Positions 25,811-38,959 of a stretch of DNA of 64,000 nucleotides are shown piece by piece; position 1 is the stretch's first letter, and every line of letters begins with the position of its first letter. Source of the DNA: Octopus sinensis (taxonomy: Eukaryota); assembly GCF_006345805.1 (NCBI RefSeq), contig NC_042999.1:139438001-139502000 (forward strand), in the 5' to 3' direction. A program made the position numbers and the translations under genes. The notes below the pieces were generated by a model. That model was not told where the DNA came from, ran no database searches, and saw only the letters and a program-made list of their open reading frames with translations.

Positions 25811-26199
25811 CTTGGTGTATAACAATAACGGTAAATATGTATACGCCGCGCGACCTTTCAAAATGAGCAGATTAAATTCCTTCAGATCACATATTTATGT
25901 AAACATACACCTCTCCTGCGAATATTCACATCGGCAGTTTTGGCTGTACATACACAATGGACTTTGGGATTTACCTTGTTTCATGAATAAGTAATTTGAT
26001 CGCTGCTTTTCTTACTATATTATTGACTGCACGAATTTCTCCTGGTGTTGGAACGTCCTAGATTAAAACAATTACTATACACATTATATATTTCATTTTA
26101 TTTCGATATCTCTTACATATTTCCCTTAAAAATTAAAATTTTATTTTTACAATGCCTAAAAGAGTGTTTATATTTTACGAAATACCTCAAGAACTAAAA

Positions 26200-28310
26200 C
26201 AAACTTTGTACTAGCAGAGTAAAATGTGATCATTATTTGCAGAGTTCTTTGTGGTGCATAGTGGCAAATCTTTTATCAAAGATCATTTTAAACCTCAAAG
26301 GCACAAAACTAGTTTTCTTGCTAGCTTGTCACTTTCAGACACTTTTATAAAAAGTCAGAAATAATCGAATTGGAGCATCTCTCGGCCGCTCGGGAAGCCA
26401 CTTTTGCTATTCGTGTCATTTCTCATAAATTGAGCTTCAATACATCCGACTGTTCATCAAAGTTGGTATCAAAACATTTTGAGCCAAACTTTCGTCTTGC
26501 GTAGACAAAATATGAAGCCGTTATTTTAAATAGATTTACCTCAATGGCTAAATCCGAGCTTCTAAAGACCTAGCTGGGATAAATTTTGTGACAATTTCTA
26601 TGGATGCTTCGAACTGAAAAGATGTTAAAATATTTTTCATTATTTGATATTACATTCTCGGTTAAAGGTACGAGTCAAATTATTGGATATTCAAACTGTT
26701 TCAGTTGAGACGGCTGAGATCTTGACTAATGCCTTAGTGTCGGCTATTGACAATCATGGGTTGATAGAAAAGTCGTTGGATTTTTTGTGGGAACCATAGC
26801 AATGCAAATTTTGGTGTACAACAAAAAAGGCAAGAGCAACATATCTAATCGATTAAAAAACCAACTTGAAAGGGGCCTTGTCTGCATTGGACATACTTGC
26901 ACGCATTGCGCACAGCTGTCTTCAAACTGCTTTTGATGTATTATTAACTGATGTCGAAGCACTAATTGTGAAAACTTCCAAATATTTTCACATATACACA
27001 GTTCGTAGAACACAGCTAAGACAATTTTGTCATTTTGCTGGAGTAGAATACAGAAAGCTATTACATAGTGATACCAAATCTTTTTAATGCTACCAGCGGT
27101 TGAAAGGATTCTTAATATTTTTGCAGGCATAAAATCTTACTCTTATTCCCAAGAACACAGCTCAGAACTGATAAAACAATTCTTTGAAAAGAATTTTGGA
27201 GAAATATATTTATGGTTTGTAAATGGACAGCTTAACCTTTTCAACAAATCGATTCTGGCCATGGAGAAAGGCAATTCCAACGCAGCCGTTATCAAACTAG
27301 ACATGCAAAATCAGATTATAAATATAGAAGAAAGGTAAAAACGGCGAATTTATGTTTCAACATTCAAAGGCCTTGCTGAGAAATGAGGAAAGCACTGAAA
27401 AGGTGAAGACAGAATTTTAAATTTTTTATGAAAGATGCCTTTCGTACCTAGAGCTATGGAAAGGGGATTTTAAACAGGTGTCAGACTGTGTTGTTAAATT
27501 CTGAAGACATTTTGGTCCATGTTCAGCAGTAAGCTGCAGCTAAGATCAACCAAAGATTGGAAGGCAACAATTTCGTGGGAGAGGTAATCGATTACATAGT
27601 CCCCACTGCTCGAAAGGATCGACTTCAGTGGAATTTGAACTCAGAATGTTATTACATTCTGAGTTCGAACGGACGAAATGCCTATTTCTTTACTACTCAC
27701 AAGGGGCTAAACACAGAGGGGACAAACAAGGACAGACAAACGGATTAAGTCGATTACATCGACCCCAGTGCGTAACTGGTACTTAATTTATCGACCTCGA
27801 AAGGATGAAAGGCAAAGTCGACCTCGGCGGAATTTGAACTCAGAACGTAACGGCAGACGAAATACGGCTACGCATTTCGCCCGGTGTACTAACGTTTCTG
27901 CCAGCTCACCGCCTTAAAAGCAAAAAGTAAATATTGATCAGTTAATTGTTGTTATGGCAAAGAGCTTTTGAGCTTCTAGGGTATAAATTTGGATAATACG
28001 TAATGTTAAGTATGAAAAAAAATAGCTTTTTTATAATTTTTCATTGTAAAGATTACATTTTAGTCAAAAATCTTAGTGCTGTAGTAGAATACATTCTTTG
28101 TCTTCCTGGTACTTCTGCACCAGTTGAACCAGTGTGTTTTCTGTAATAAATAAGGTGAGGTTAGATATATGACAGAAACTATAGTCAAGGGTCTTCTGAT
28201 AACTAAAATGAACGTTCCACTAAACTGCTCAGAATTTTTGAGAAAATTAAAAATGATAATGAATTTGTTAGAAAAATAGTTTCAAGTGGAAAATATGAAA
28301 GAACTGGTAA
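26200..28310 (+). mobile_element. hAT-superfamily transposase pseudogene, interrupted by a SINE
   Basis: SHKLSFNTSDCSSKL, AHSCLQTAFDVLLTDVEALIVK..YFHIYTVR, LPAVERIL, and C-terminal dimerisation motif CLPGTSAPVE(x)VFSVIN near 28095-28150. Confidence 0.75.
27665..27915 (-). mobile_element. SINE family B inserted in the hAT fossil
   Basis: Near-consensus reverse complement of the 23998-24230 copy. Confidence 0.88.
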
Positions 28311-28338
28311 TTGAATAAAATATTTTTTGATAACAATA

Positions 28339-28444
28339 GACGCAGGCGTGACTGTCTGGTACGAAGCTTGCTTCCCAATCACCTGGCTCCGGGTTCGGTC
28401 CCACTGTGTGGCACCTTCGGCAAGTGTCTTGAAAGAAACCTGTC

Positions 28445-28514
<70 letters not shown>

Positions 28515-28762
28515 GTATATGTATGTATGTATGTATATGTATGTATGTATGTATGTATATATGCATGTATATATCTGTGTGTGTTTTTGTGGCTGCGTTT
28601 GTCCTCCCATCACCGCTTAAAAACCGGTGTCGATGTGTTTACGTCCCCGTAATTTAGCGGTTCGCCAAGAAACCGATAGAATAAGTAATAAATTCTTGGG
28701 GCCGATTCGGTCGACTAAAACCCTTCAGTCAAATGACTGAAACAAGTAAAAGAATAAAAGAA
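28339..28762 (+). mobile_element. SINE family A with internal deletion
   Basis: Head, microsatellite spacer and cagtcaaatgactgaaacaagtaaaag tail. Confidence 0.82.
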
Positions 28763-29304
28763 CATAAAAAAATATATGAAGTTAAATGTATTTTTTAAAT
28801 GCTTCTGTTCTGCTTGACAATACTTACATGCATGTTCTGTCAAGTAAAATATCTCTGACTAGTGGGATGAGAGGAATCACAGTCTCTTAATACTGAACCC
28901 AAGTGATGTGCCTTTTGAGACCTACGTGGTCCCGATTTCAGCTCCCATTGATTCTGGTTTCACCTCCCATTGGTCCTGGTTTCACCTCTGAAAATTATTG
29001 TCAGCGTTCAGAGTATCCAAAAAAAAGGTGTACACAGTCAATGATTATATCGTTTAATGTTTATTAAAACATATTTCATTTTCAAAATTTAAAAGAATCT
29101 ACGCATGGAATTTACTCGTTTTCAAACAACTTGCTCAAGCATAGCTGACAACGGGATGCAATGGAATCGCAAGTATCAAGAAACATTTGACTTCGGCATT
29201 TGTGCGCATTTCTTATTGCTTAGGAAGGACCTTTGATTCCTTTATATACAATAATATAAAGTAATCAAAGGTCCTTTATATATATTGTATTTATAGTATA
29301 TATC

Positions 29305-29452
<148 letters not shown>

Positions 29453-29454
29453 CT

Positions 29455-29790
29455 TTTACTCTTTTATTCTGTTTTTACTTGATTCAATCTTTTGACTGCG
29501 GCCATGCTGGAACACCGCCTTTAGTCGAGCAAATTGACCCCAGGACTTATTCTTTGTAAGCCTAGTACTTATTCTATCGTTACAGGAACATAAACACACT
29601 AGCATATTGGGGGAACAAACACGCACGCACACACATATATGTATATACGGCGGGCTTCTTTCAGTTTCCGTTTACCAAATCTACCCACAAGGCTTTGGTG
29701 GGCCCGAGGCTACAGTAGAAGACACTTGCCCAAGGTGCCACGCAGTAAGACTAAACCCGGAATTATGTGGTTGGTAAGCAAACTACTTTA
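29455..29790 (-). mobile_element. SINE family A
   Basis: Reverse complement head and tail. Confidence 0.82.
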
Positions 29791-29879
29791 TTTCAAAATT
29801 TTGCCATAAAGGCATAACATAGAGGGGACACTATGAAACATGTGGGGACATATAACAATTAAAAAAGTATATAAAAATA

Positions 29880-30560
29880 AAATATGATACCTTAAAATTT
29901 CAAATAGCTCCATACAGCAAGGTTTGCATCCGTATCTATTGTTTAAGTACGGTTTAGCGACCCTAATGATGTCCCAACTTAAACCAAATTTAGCATTGTC
30001 GCCTTTGATCTCCCAGATCTTCTTGGCTAGAGACGTCCTGCCAGCCCAATGTCTTAATTTAAAAGATGAATAGTGGTTGCGTTAGCATCCCTTAAGATTT
30101 ACGGAGCAGCCAATATAAGTGTAAGTATTGGTCTCTGTAATAACGTCACACTTGTAAACCACGTTTTGCTCTAAAAATCGAGCCGGAAGCGGACAAGATG
30201 TTTTGTCTAAGCAATTACACCCAATATTTTCTAATAATTTAAATTTATTATTAGGGGAGTTATTATTGGATAATAGTTCAATTTCTGGAGAGTCATTGGT
30301 ATTCGTGTTTATATTAGCAGGATTACTATTATAATTAAGATTAGTTGGCGAGTCGTGGATCGGAGACTGATGATACAGGGCGTTGACATTGGGGATTTGG
30401 CTTACGGGTAGTGACGCAAGAAAGTAGAGGGTGGGTGGTTGGTATAATGGAAAGATTTTCAGCACTATTTTCATTTTTCCAGAAACCACAAAAAAACCTT
30501 TGTCTGTTTCATTTTTATTGCGGACTCATCAACAGATCTTGTGAATGTTGCCTCTGAATT
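29880..30560 (-). mobile_element. Penelope-like element GIY-YIG endonuclease fragment with CNC..CPL motif
   Basis: CNCLDKTSCPL...VVYKCDV...YIGCS...*RNHYSSF...TSLAKKIWEIK...SWDII...GCKPCCME. Confidence 0.75.
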
Positions 30561-30933
30561 ATTTAATCTCTCTAAGTAATTAAATTGCAATAATATAATA
30601 ACAGAAGGAGTTGAATTTTTATTTATGCCACAACGATACCCCAGGTCTGTTTCATTTTGTTACTCAGAGTAGTGAAATATATCATTCCATAGTATTTAGG
30701 TGAACTCGACTGTTGTGAGTTCACCTAAATATCAAAAGTCAAAAGCCTACTCTGAGTTTTGCCCTTGGTTGTGCATGAAAGTTGTGAATAACCAATGATG
30801 AAACATAGAATACACTGTCAACTTTTGATATCATACTTTGTGCGTGTATGTGTGTACATATATAAATATATACTTATATTTGCATATATATATATATTCA
30901 ATATATATATGTGTTGATACATATATATATATA

Positions 30934-30966
<33 letters not shown>

Positions 30967-31334
30967 CTTATTTACATTAACATATGTGTGTGTGTCTGTG
31001 TGTGTATGTATATGTACCTGCATAAATACACATACACACACACACGCATATATATCTATATATTCATGTATATACATGCATGCTTATTGCATACACATAC
31101 GTGTATGCAATACTATAAACAGGTTACACCATAACAAACACACACACACAGAAGCATTCTCTTACACATAAACCTACCTCAAAGATTACATAGACACATT
31201 CAAAACCAAAATAAAAACACTCACATAAGACACACTCACACGTACGTCCCTCTTTCTCTTTCTTTCTCTCATACACATACACACAAACATATACTCCATT
31301 AATACAAACACGCAAACATCATCGTGCCATCACT

Positions 31335-31600
31335 ACATACTGACGTAAGCAGACAATCACGCTATGGAGGTGGTCGGGTCACGTGACTTACTGATAACCT
31401 CATAATTGAATATGTTATAAATATTTTCCTGTAGACTCAAACCAATCTATTTACAGACTAGACCAGCTACAGTTTTAGCTGGCAGGCTGATTGATGGCTG
31501 ATGGCTGATTAAGCAGGTGAAGAGGGTGAGAAGTTGAAAGAGGAAAGCACTTTTGCGGGAGGCAGCCATGTTTCGAGTTTCAATTGACGCGAAGTTCCTT
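31335..31600. promoter_or_regulatory. Possible promoter-like motif cluster
   Basis: TGACGTAA (31341-48), palindromic GTCACGTGAC (31378-87), CCAAT (31442-46), GGCAGCCATGTT (31561-72). Confidence 0.25.
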
Positions 31601-33689
31601 CAATCACACTTCAAACGCTTTTAGAAAAATCATAAATACCACAATAGGAAATTCCTTGCCGATGGTTGATAGATTAAACAAGATAACGTACAGGTAGCGA
31701 TTCAGTGTTTCGCTTCTTATTGTCATCGACATCGCTTTGTCCCAGGCCAAAGCAAGAGCTAAATGCACCAAAGTATCATAGAATGATAGATTTCACTACT
31801 CTGCGCAACAATAGCAGCACAGTAAAATAGACTCGGAGTAAGAAATAGTTGGAGTATGATTAAAAGTTCAATTCCTTCTGTTGAAGGTTATTTGCTGCTA
31901 TTGACTACCACCTTATCCAGGGGAAAATTTCTCTCTCCTCCGCTTTATTTTACAGAAACCTAAATTAAATGCATATTTAGCGAGGGAAGTCGCTAATGAA
32001 GATATCAACACTTTAATGACTGGACTGAGTCATTAATCCAATGGATGTAAAATACCTCTGTGCAGTAACAACAACACTTGTGTCCGTGCGTGAACAACTT
32101 TGTATCCAAAGTTTTATTCACATGTGTAACAAACAGATTCATACTGTGAGTACATGATATTCAATAAAGTTATCTGGGATTGAAGTAAAAGGTTCTGAAC
32201 ATCTTACCATGTTCCACGATGACAGTGAGAAAATAGGAGGAATTCAAACTACAATAATTACTTTTGACAGGCACTATGCATAGAATACCATAGCGAGTTG
32301 CTGGTAGGAAAGAATATCGAATCCGTGTGCCTGGCTCTCTCTCTGATGTTGACCACGTCGCGTCTTAGAGAAGAAGAGAGAAATTCAATTGGAATTCGCT
32401 CTTAAGTAGGCGATATTGTTTCTAACGCCCTCTTGTGTGTGGTTTAGTAGTTACGCCTTGTATACTAGCAAAGGGGTAGCTAACCAATGTTTGCTTGGAA
32501 TGTTCTAGAACATTCGACAGGGGAGATAACTGTAGTTCACGCCCAATAAATATTTTGCAGGCTACGAACCTGTTTCAAATAGTGTTGCCTACACATACTT
32601 ACGTGAAATGATTGATATAAATTGTATAGGCTTTGAACCTAGTTGAATAGAAACCAAAATTTTCTTGTGGGCTTATCGGTAGAACACCAAGAAAATGCCT
32701 GGTAGTATTTATTTTCCTCCCTTTATATTTTGAGTACTATTCCCGTCACAGCCGACTTCGCCTTTCAACCACCCGGGTCAATAAAATAAACATAAGGTGA
32801 TTACTGGGCCTTGTGAAATTTTATACTTCTCAAGGTATATGGGCTTGTGCCTATTTTAGGAATTATTATTACTACTGAGCAAAGCGGCTATCTGGCAGAA
32901 TTGCTTGTACGCCGGTAAGAAATGCTTGGCGGCATTTCTTCTGGCTTTGCCTTCTGATTTCAAATTCCACCGAAATCGACTTTGCCTTTCCTCCTTTTGG
33001 ACTCCATAAAATAAGTCCCTTTTGAGTCCCATACTACAAATTTCAGTTCTTGAATGTTAGAAAGTTTTATTACCGCTGGGTGGTAGAACGGCAATATTGG
33101 AGAAGTGACATATAATTTCTTACTGTATTTAGTTTATATCGCTTTACCTTCAGAATACTAGCAAAGTCAAATTTGTTTGGATTCGATGAAGTAAAGTGCT
33201 GGGTTTGAATTGATTAACTATATCTCTCTCCGATAATGTGGTCCTTTTTCTAATATAAGAAATCATTGAAATATCGTTGAAAGTATAGATGATTGCGAAT
33301 TGACAGAATCGTTGAGCATCGGGAACTTTCCTTGATATTTTTGTTCTGATATTTTTGTTCAGCGTTCAAATCTCGCCAGTGTCAAATTGCTTGTCTTCCT
33401 TCCGAGGTCGATGAATCAAAGAGACAAATACATAGATTTATGACATAGGCTTTGTGTCTATATTAGAAACAATTTTTGTTGGTGTCGTTTGCCTAAATGC
33501 ATGCATTTCACAGAGCTCCACTTAAAATATAATTTTCCAGAATTACTGGATGGAAAAGTGATTTTTTCGTGGTGGGCAGTCATTTTATTAACAAAGGGTT
33601 CGGAATTAGTTATCAACAAAGAGATATTTGACAAGTGAAAAAAAAATTTTAAGAGTTTTAAGAAAACACACCTCCACACCAAGAACTAT

Positions 33690-34620
33690 AGCAACAATAC
33701 TTCCGTTGGAAGCCATCGATCAATCTCTAAAAGGAGGAAGCGCAAAAGAGAAGTCGCGGGAATAGACGAGGAGGATTGGTACGTATCTCAGCGGGGCGAG
33801 GTATAAAGGAAGTTTCCTATTCCCACAAAAGAGACGTTAGAAGATGTGTGTGGTATTGACCGGGTAAAGAACATGTCTAATTTTTGTGACATATTACGAA
33901 ACGAGGAGACAGGAGGAGCTGGTTCGTCACACTTGTTACGGTTCAAGCCGCAGCATATAGGGAAAAGAAACATAAGGGTCACAACCAAGGATACTGGAAG
34001 TGATGTAGACACTTGGGTTATTGTCAAATGGGTGATATAGTATGGACAAGTGTTAAACATTTAGGTAACTCGCAACAGCACATTACTACTGGTGTTTCTA
34101 GAAAATCACCGATAATAATTCCGATGATAGCCAAAGCGAAAGTAAAGGGAACCAGAACCTCCACGTTTTCACTGTCATCAGTGCAGAGTGGTCAAAAAGT
34201 AGCCCACGAGGATTGAAAGATCTTCTCCAGCACAAGAACAACAAATAATAATTCCTCCTCGTCTGGTAACGAAAGTAACAAGAAAAAAAAAGAGGAAAAT
34301 GAAGAGTTGTCCTTGTCTAAAATCTAACAATCGACTGGAAATATCCGGTGTAAGGACATCTGTCGCCGCCCGCAAATCCTGTGTTTTATGGTTGTTCAAG
34401 TCAGTAACGAGAACTTATTATAAGATGTTGAATGAACTGAAAGAATGCAAGAAGAATGATGAGTTGAGAGGAGAACATCGAAGACAATAACACGGAAAAC
34501 CAAAATATAAACCACACCAGAAGTCTGGCTACAGGTAAAGGTGAACTATTCAGAGAATGTAGGATACTTCGAAGTTCAGCCAAAACCGAAGATGCTATCG
34601 GGCAAATTCGGAAAACCTAA
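33690..34620 (+). mobile_element. Possible decayed LINE (L1/Tx1) ORF1 remnant
   Basis: Higher-complexity, coding-like sequence with broken frames; similarity only weakly recalled. Confidence 0.25.
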
Positions 34621-36956
34621 GTTATAGCCGAAGTTTTAGTTTTGTGTTCATTAGTATTTTTCTACACATCTGGAACAAAAAAGTCTCATTGAAAAGAAAG
34701 TAAACACACGAAATACAACTATTATAATACAATGTGTCTAAATAAAAAATCAGACCTTTTTTGTTTAAGGCAATTCCTGAGCTAGACAAAAAAAATCATC
34801 TGCTTCTTAGACATACATTTCATTTCGTGTGTTTACATTCATTTCAATATGGCTTCTTGTTCTAGAGGTGTGGAAAAGAGTTAATGAACAGAACAACACA
34901 AAGTACAAAGAGAAGAAGAAAGAAACTCAATTAAACAGGCTGATATAGACTTTGTTGAATGAAAAATATACCGACATTTCAACAATAAATTTACACTGCA
35001 CAAATAAAAGCAAACAAAGAATTTTAGCAATATATTTACACGACACAAATAAAATTATTGACAGCAATTCTGGTACTAGTTGTTTTACTGTTTTAGTCAG
35101 GAGGGAAGGCAATACCTATGACCCTTTGCAAGGCCTCTGAGATAGATGGAAGGGAAAGAAGAAAGTGTCCTCAAACCGGAGATCTGGCCCGAATTCTTGC
35201 TGAAAGCACACAAGGTGGTGGTATTAAACCAGATAATGAATTAAGTCAACTTAACATTTAGGTCATGGCGGGGTGAGAACTCAGAAGGCGGAAAACGGGA
35301 ATAAATACTGTGAGGCATCTGTTCTTACAGCTCCGTCAATCCAGCATCCAAGATTGCTACTCTTTTTATCGACCCCGAAAGGATTAAAGTGGAATCAACT
35401 TCCGCAGGATTTAAACATTAAACGCCGAGAGTCGGAATAAATACTGCGTGGCATTCTATCCGACGCTCTAATGATTCTGCTAATTCGCTGCAATGACATT
35501 ACTCAGCAACAGGAGAAACAAAAATGTGGCTGTGACGTTTCCCTGATGAAAGTACCTCCTTGTCTGAGAGATTTATTCAAGAACGAGCATAGAGAAATGT
35601 GAATTACTTCTGCTTCGCGAATGAGTAAGAGTACAGCCATTGCCCTCACTCGAATACCTGAAGGAATCCTAAATCTGTGTGACTCTCTTGATCATGGTAT
35701 GTCATATGAGAGTGTGTGCCTGGCCTTCAAAACTGAAAACTAGGTAAAAAAAAAATTTTAATTAAAAAAAAAAACAGATTTAGCTGGTGCCCCGATAAAA
35801 GGTAGAATACAACAGGAGGATTACAACGAAGAACATTGGCAGTCACGTTGACCTTTGTCTTGTTGTCACCTTTGTAGCATAGTATGATCTGTAGGTAAGC
35901 GCTGGCATGATCAGAAATGAAAGTCGGATGGGCTTTTATGAACATATAAGTCTTAATGATTCCGAAGACCACAAAAATATTTCGCAGCTGTCCTCTATTG
36001 TGGCTGCAGAAAGAATAATGATAAGGCTGTTTGAACAACTGTTACAAGTTGATATAAAAGCCATTTGAATATTTTCTGAGCAGCTGGAAAGGGAAGAGGA
36101 GAAAGAGGACAACACAGACAGAATCAACAACAATACAAGCAGAATCGAAAATAACTGGTCCCAAGAACTGTTGTTTCCAAAGCATCACCAGTCGCACCAC
36201 AGGTTGCAGCTCCGAAGACGATGACTTGTGGTCACCTCACTCGATATCAATTAGTAGTACAACTCCATCTTGTGACAATGGGAAACACAGGGAGGATGGA
36301 AATGAGTGACAAGCGATCGGGGACAGTAGAGAAGAAAGAGAAAAGAAAGTAGCAAGTAAACCCAAACAAGAAGTAAGTCACAGTACTTCGAATAGCCTAC
36401 GAAACATTGATGGACAACCTGAACAAACAACAAAATATTTTAGGAAAAGGCTGCTGGGGGAAACCAGCTTTCAAGCCTACGATCTGTGAAACCATAACCA
36501 CGTTATGGGAGAAGGAGTATTTTTTTTTTATTATTTTTCAATATTTAAATAAAATTCAAGTAACACAGTGGAGTGTTTTTTTTTTTTGTTTTGTTTTGTT
36601 TTGTGTTGTTTTTGTATCGAAATAGTTGACTTTACAGTGTTCGCTTTTTTGTTCAGGACTGGATTGGAAAGAGATGGAACGTTTTACATTTGTCTCGAGA
36701 TGAGTGGCCGACTTTCATTTTAGCAAGCGCTATAGCAGTAACCATGGGAATATGAAATTCAACACGATAACAACAACAACAACATCAAAACAGCAATAAA
36801 ACATCAACAACAATAGCAGAAGTGATAAGTAACAACGGAACAGCAATTGTTTAGAGTGAATGACTTTCTCGACCACGAAGAAACGGAAAGCTGCAGGCGT
36901 GTCTCAGACTCTCTTCAGCAGATCTTTTTTTTTTCTCTTCTTAAATCCCCCCCTCT

Positions 36957-36957
<1 letters not shown>

Positions 36958-37050
<93 letters not shown>
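36958..37050 (+). repeat. (CT)n microsatellite
   Basis: Directly visible. Confidence 0.97.
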
Positions 37051-37053
<3 letters not shown>

Positions 37054-37519
37054 AGCAAATATTTTTTTCTTTCGCAATATTCGCCACCTGATATTCTTGT
37101 CTTTCGTTTATTCATTTATTTCTCTTCGTCTCTTCCATTTTTTCTCTCAATTCCTTCAGCTATTTCATTCTCCCAAACACATTTTACCACATGCTCTCTC
37201 TCTCTCTTCCTCTCCCCTCTTTCTCTCTCTCGTTCTCTCCCTCTCACTTTCTCTGACAACAATGTGAAACGTAGCTCACTATGTTTAATCAAGCGTGACA
37301 ACGGAACTGATCTCTGATCCACAGCAATCACACAGAACTACACAGAAACCAATGAATCAATCTTTTCCCAACGCGCTCTACACACAAACGGCTCACCTAT
37401 ACACACCGTTACATCCATATCAATATATACACACAATACATAAACCAATATATCAATAGACGTGTTAAAATAAGTGTGTATGTGTTAATATATGTCTTGC
37501 GTTATGATATTTAGTTATG

Positions 37520-37675
37520 TTGCTTTATGTTCTGAGTTCAAGTCTCGCCTGAATTAATTCTGCCTTTCATCACTCCGGGGTCAGTAAAATAAGCACTGGG
37601 CGTATACTGGGTCGATTCAATCGATTACCTCCCTTCCTTCTAAATTTGTAGCATCGTGCCAATAGCTAGAAATCA
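37520..37675 (+). mobile_element. SINE family B variant fragment
   Basis: gttctgagttcaa...ctttcatcactccggggtcagtaaaataagcact. Confidence 0.7.
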
Positions 37676-37782
37676 ATGCGTTGCGCGCGCGACCTTGTGT
37701 GTTCGTGTATGTGCGCATGTAGTCGTATGTGTGTGCGTGTGTGCATGTGTGTGTGCGTGTGTGTGTGTGTGTGTGTGAGTGC

Positions 37783-37832
<50 letters not shown>

Positions 37833-38189
37833 AAAAAAAAATGTCCTCGTGGTTTAATGTATTGAATTGCCAAATCATTGTAACAAAGTTTCTTCCTTAT
37901 ATTGAAGCAGAACAATTTTATTCTATATACGCTCAATTCACCGCGCTGTCAGTTCTAGTTACAAGTATTTTTAAAATGTTACCTGCGATAGAACGGTTGC
38001 ACCCAAAGTAGTAAGAAGGTGGTTCTGTCTCGTCCGCTTAATGCTATTGAAACAACCAGAGTGAAATAATGCCTACCCGAAGGACATCACAATTTTGTGG
38101 AAAATACATACATACACGCGCAAACACGCACACACAAACACACACACATAATATACAAATGGTTCCGTGGCAAACTTTGTTTTTTATAT

Positions 38190-38350
38190 GCGCAGGCGTT
38201 GGTATGTGGTTGAGAAGCTTGCTTCCCAGCCGTATGGTTTAGGGTTCACTTCCATTGCGCGGCATCTTGGACAAGTGTCTTGCCTTGTGAGTGGATTCGC
38301 TAGATAGAAACGGAAAGAAACCCGTCGTGTGTGTCTGTGTGTGTGTGTGT
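38190..38350 (+). mobile_element. SINE family A, 5' part
   Basis: gcgcaggcgttggtatgtggttgagaagcttgcttcccagcc head. Confidence 0.75.
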
Positions 38351-38571
38351 ATGTGCGTGTGCCGTCGTACTTAACTCCCCCACCACTACCACCACCTGAC
38401 AAAACCGTTATTGATTTGTTTCAGTCTTTGCGACTTTTATAACTTAGAGTAAAACATGAAAAACAATTTAATTGTGAAAAAATTAAATGAAATGTTTTTT
38501 AAAATATTTCCATACTTTTCAAATGCAAGGGACATTTTCCTTTTTCTTCTCTCTCTCTTTCCCTCTCTCTC

Positions 38572-38602
<31 letters not shown>

Positions 38603-38959
38603 TTCCTTCTCTTTTTACTCTTGTGAAGGCTTGATAGTGGGCAGCAGGTAGTAGTCTTAATATTTGGTATGAATTCTTGTTTTTGATTGTTTAAGCATCG
38701 GTAGTAGTTGAGAAAGGAAAAGGAGGAGGAGGAGGAGGAGGGGCGGGAGGAGGGAGGGGCGAATGGGCGGAGGAGGAGATAGGGGGAGGGGGAGGGGAGG
38801 CGAATGCGGGAGTGGTATGACAGTAGTAGGGTGTTGGTGGAATCCTTTTAAATAGTCAAATGACCTAAGAGTGACCCGTTGTGGTTGTAATAGTAGTGAT
38901 TAGAATTGTTCTGAATAAATTCACAGGTAGTGACTGTTCTGAATATATCGTTTTTAATA

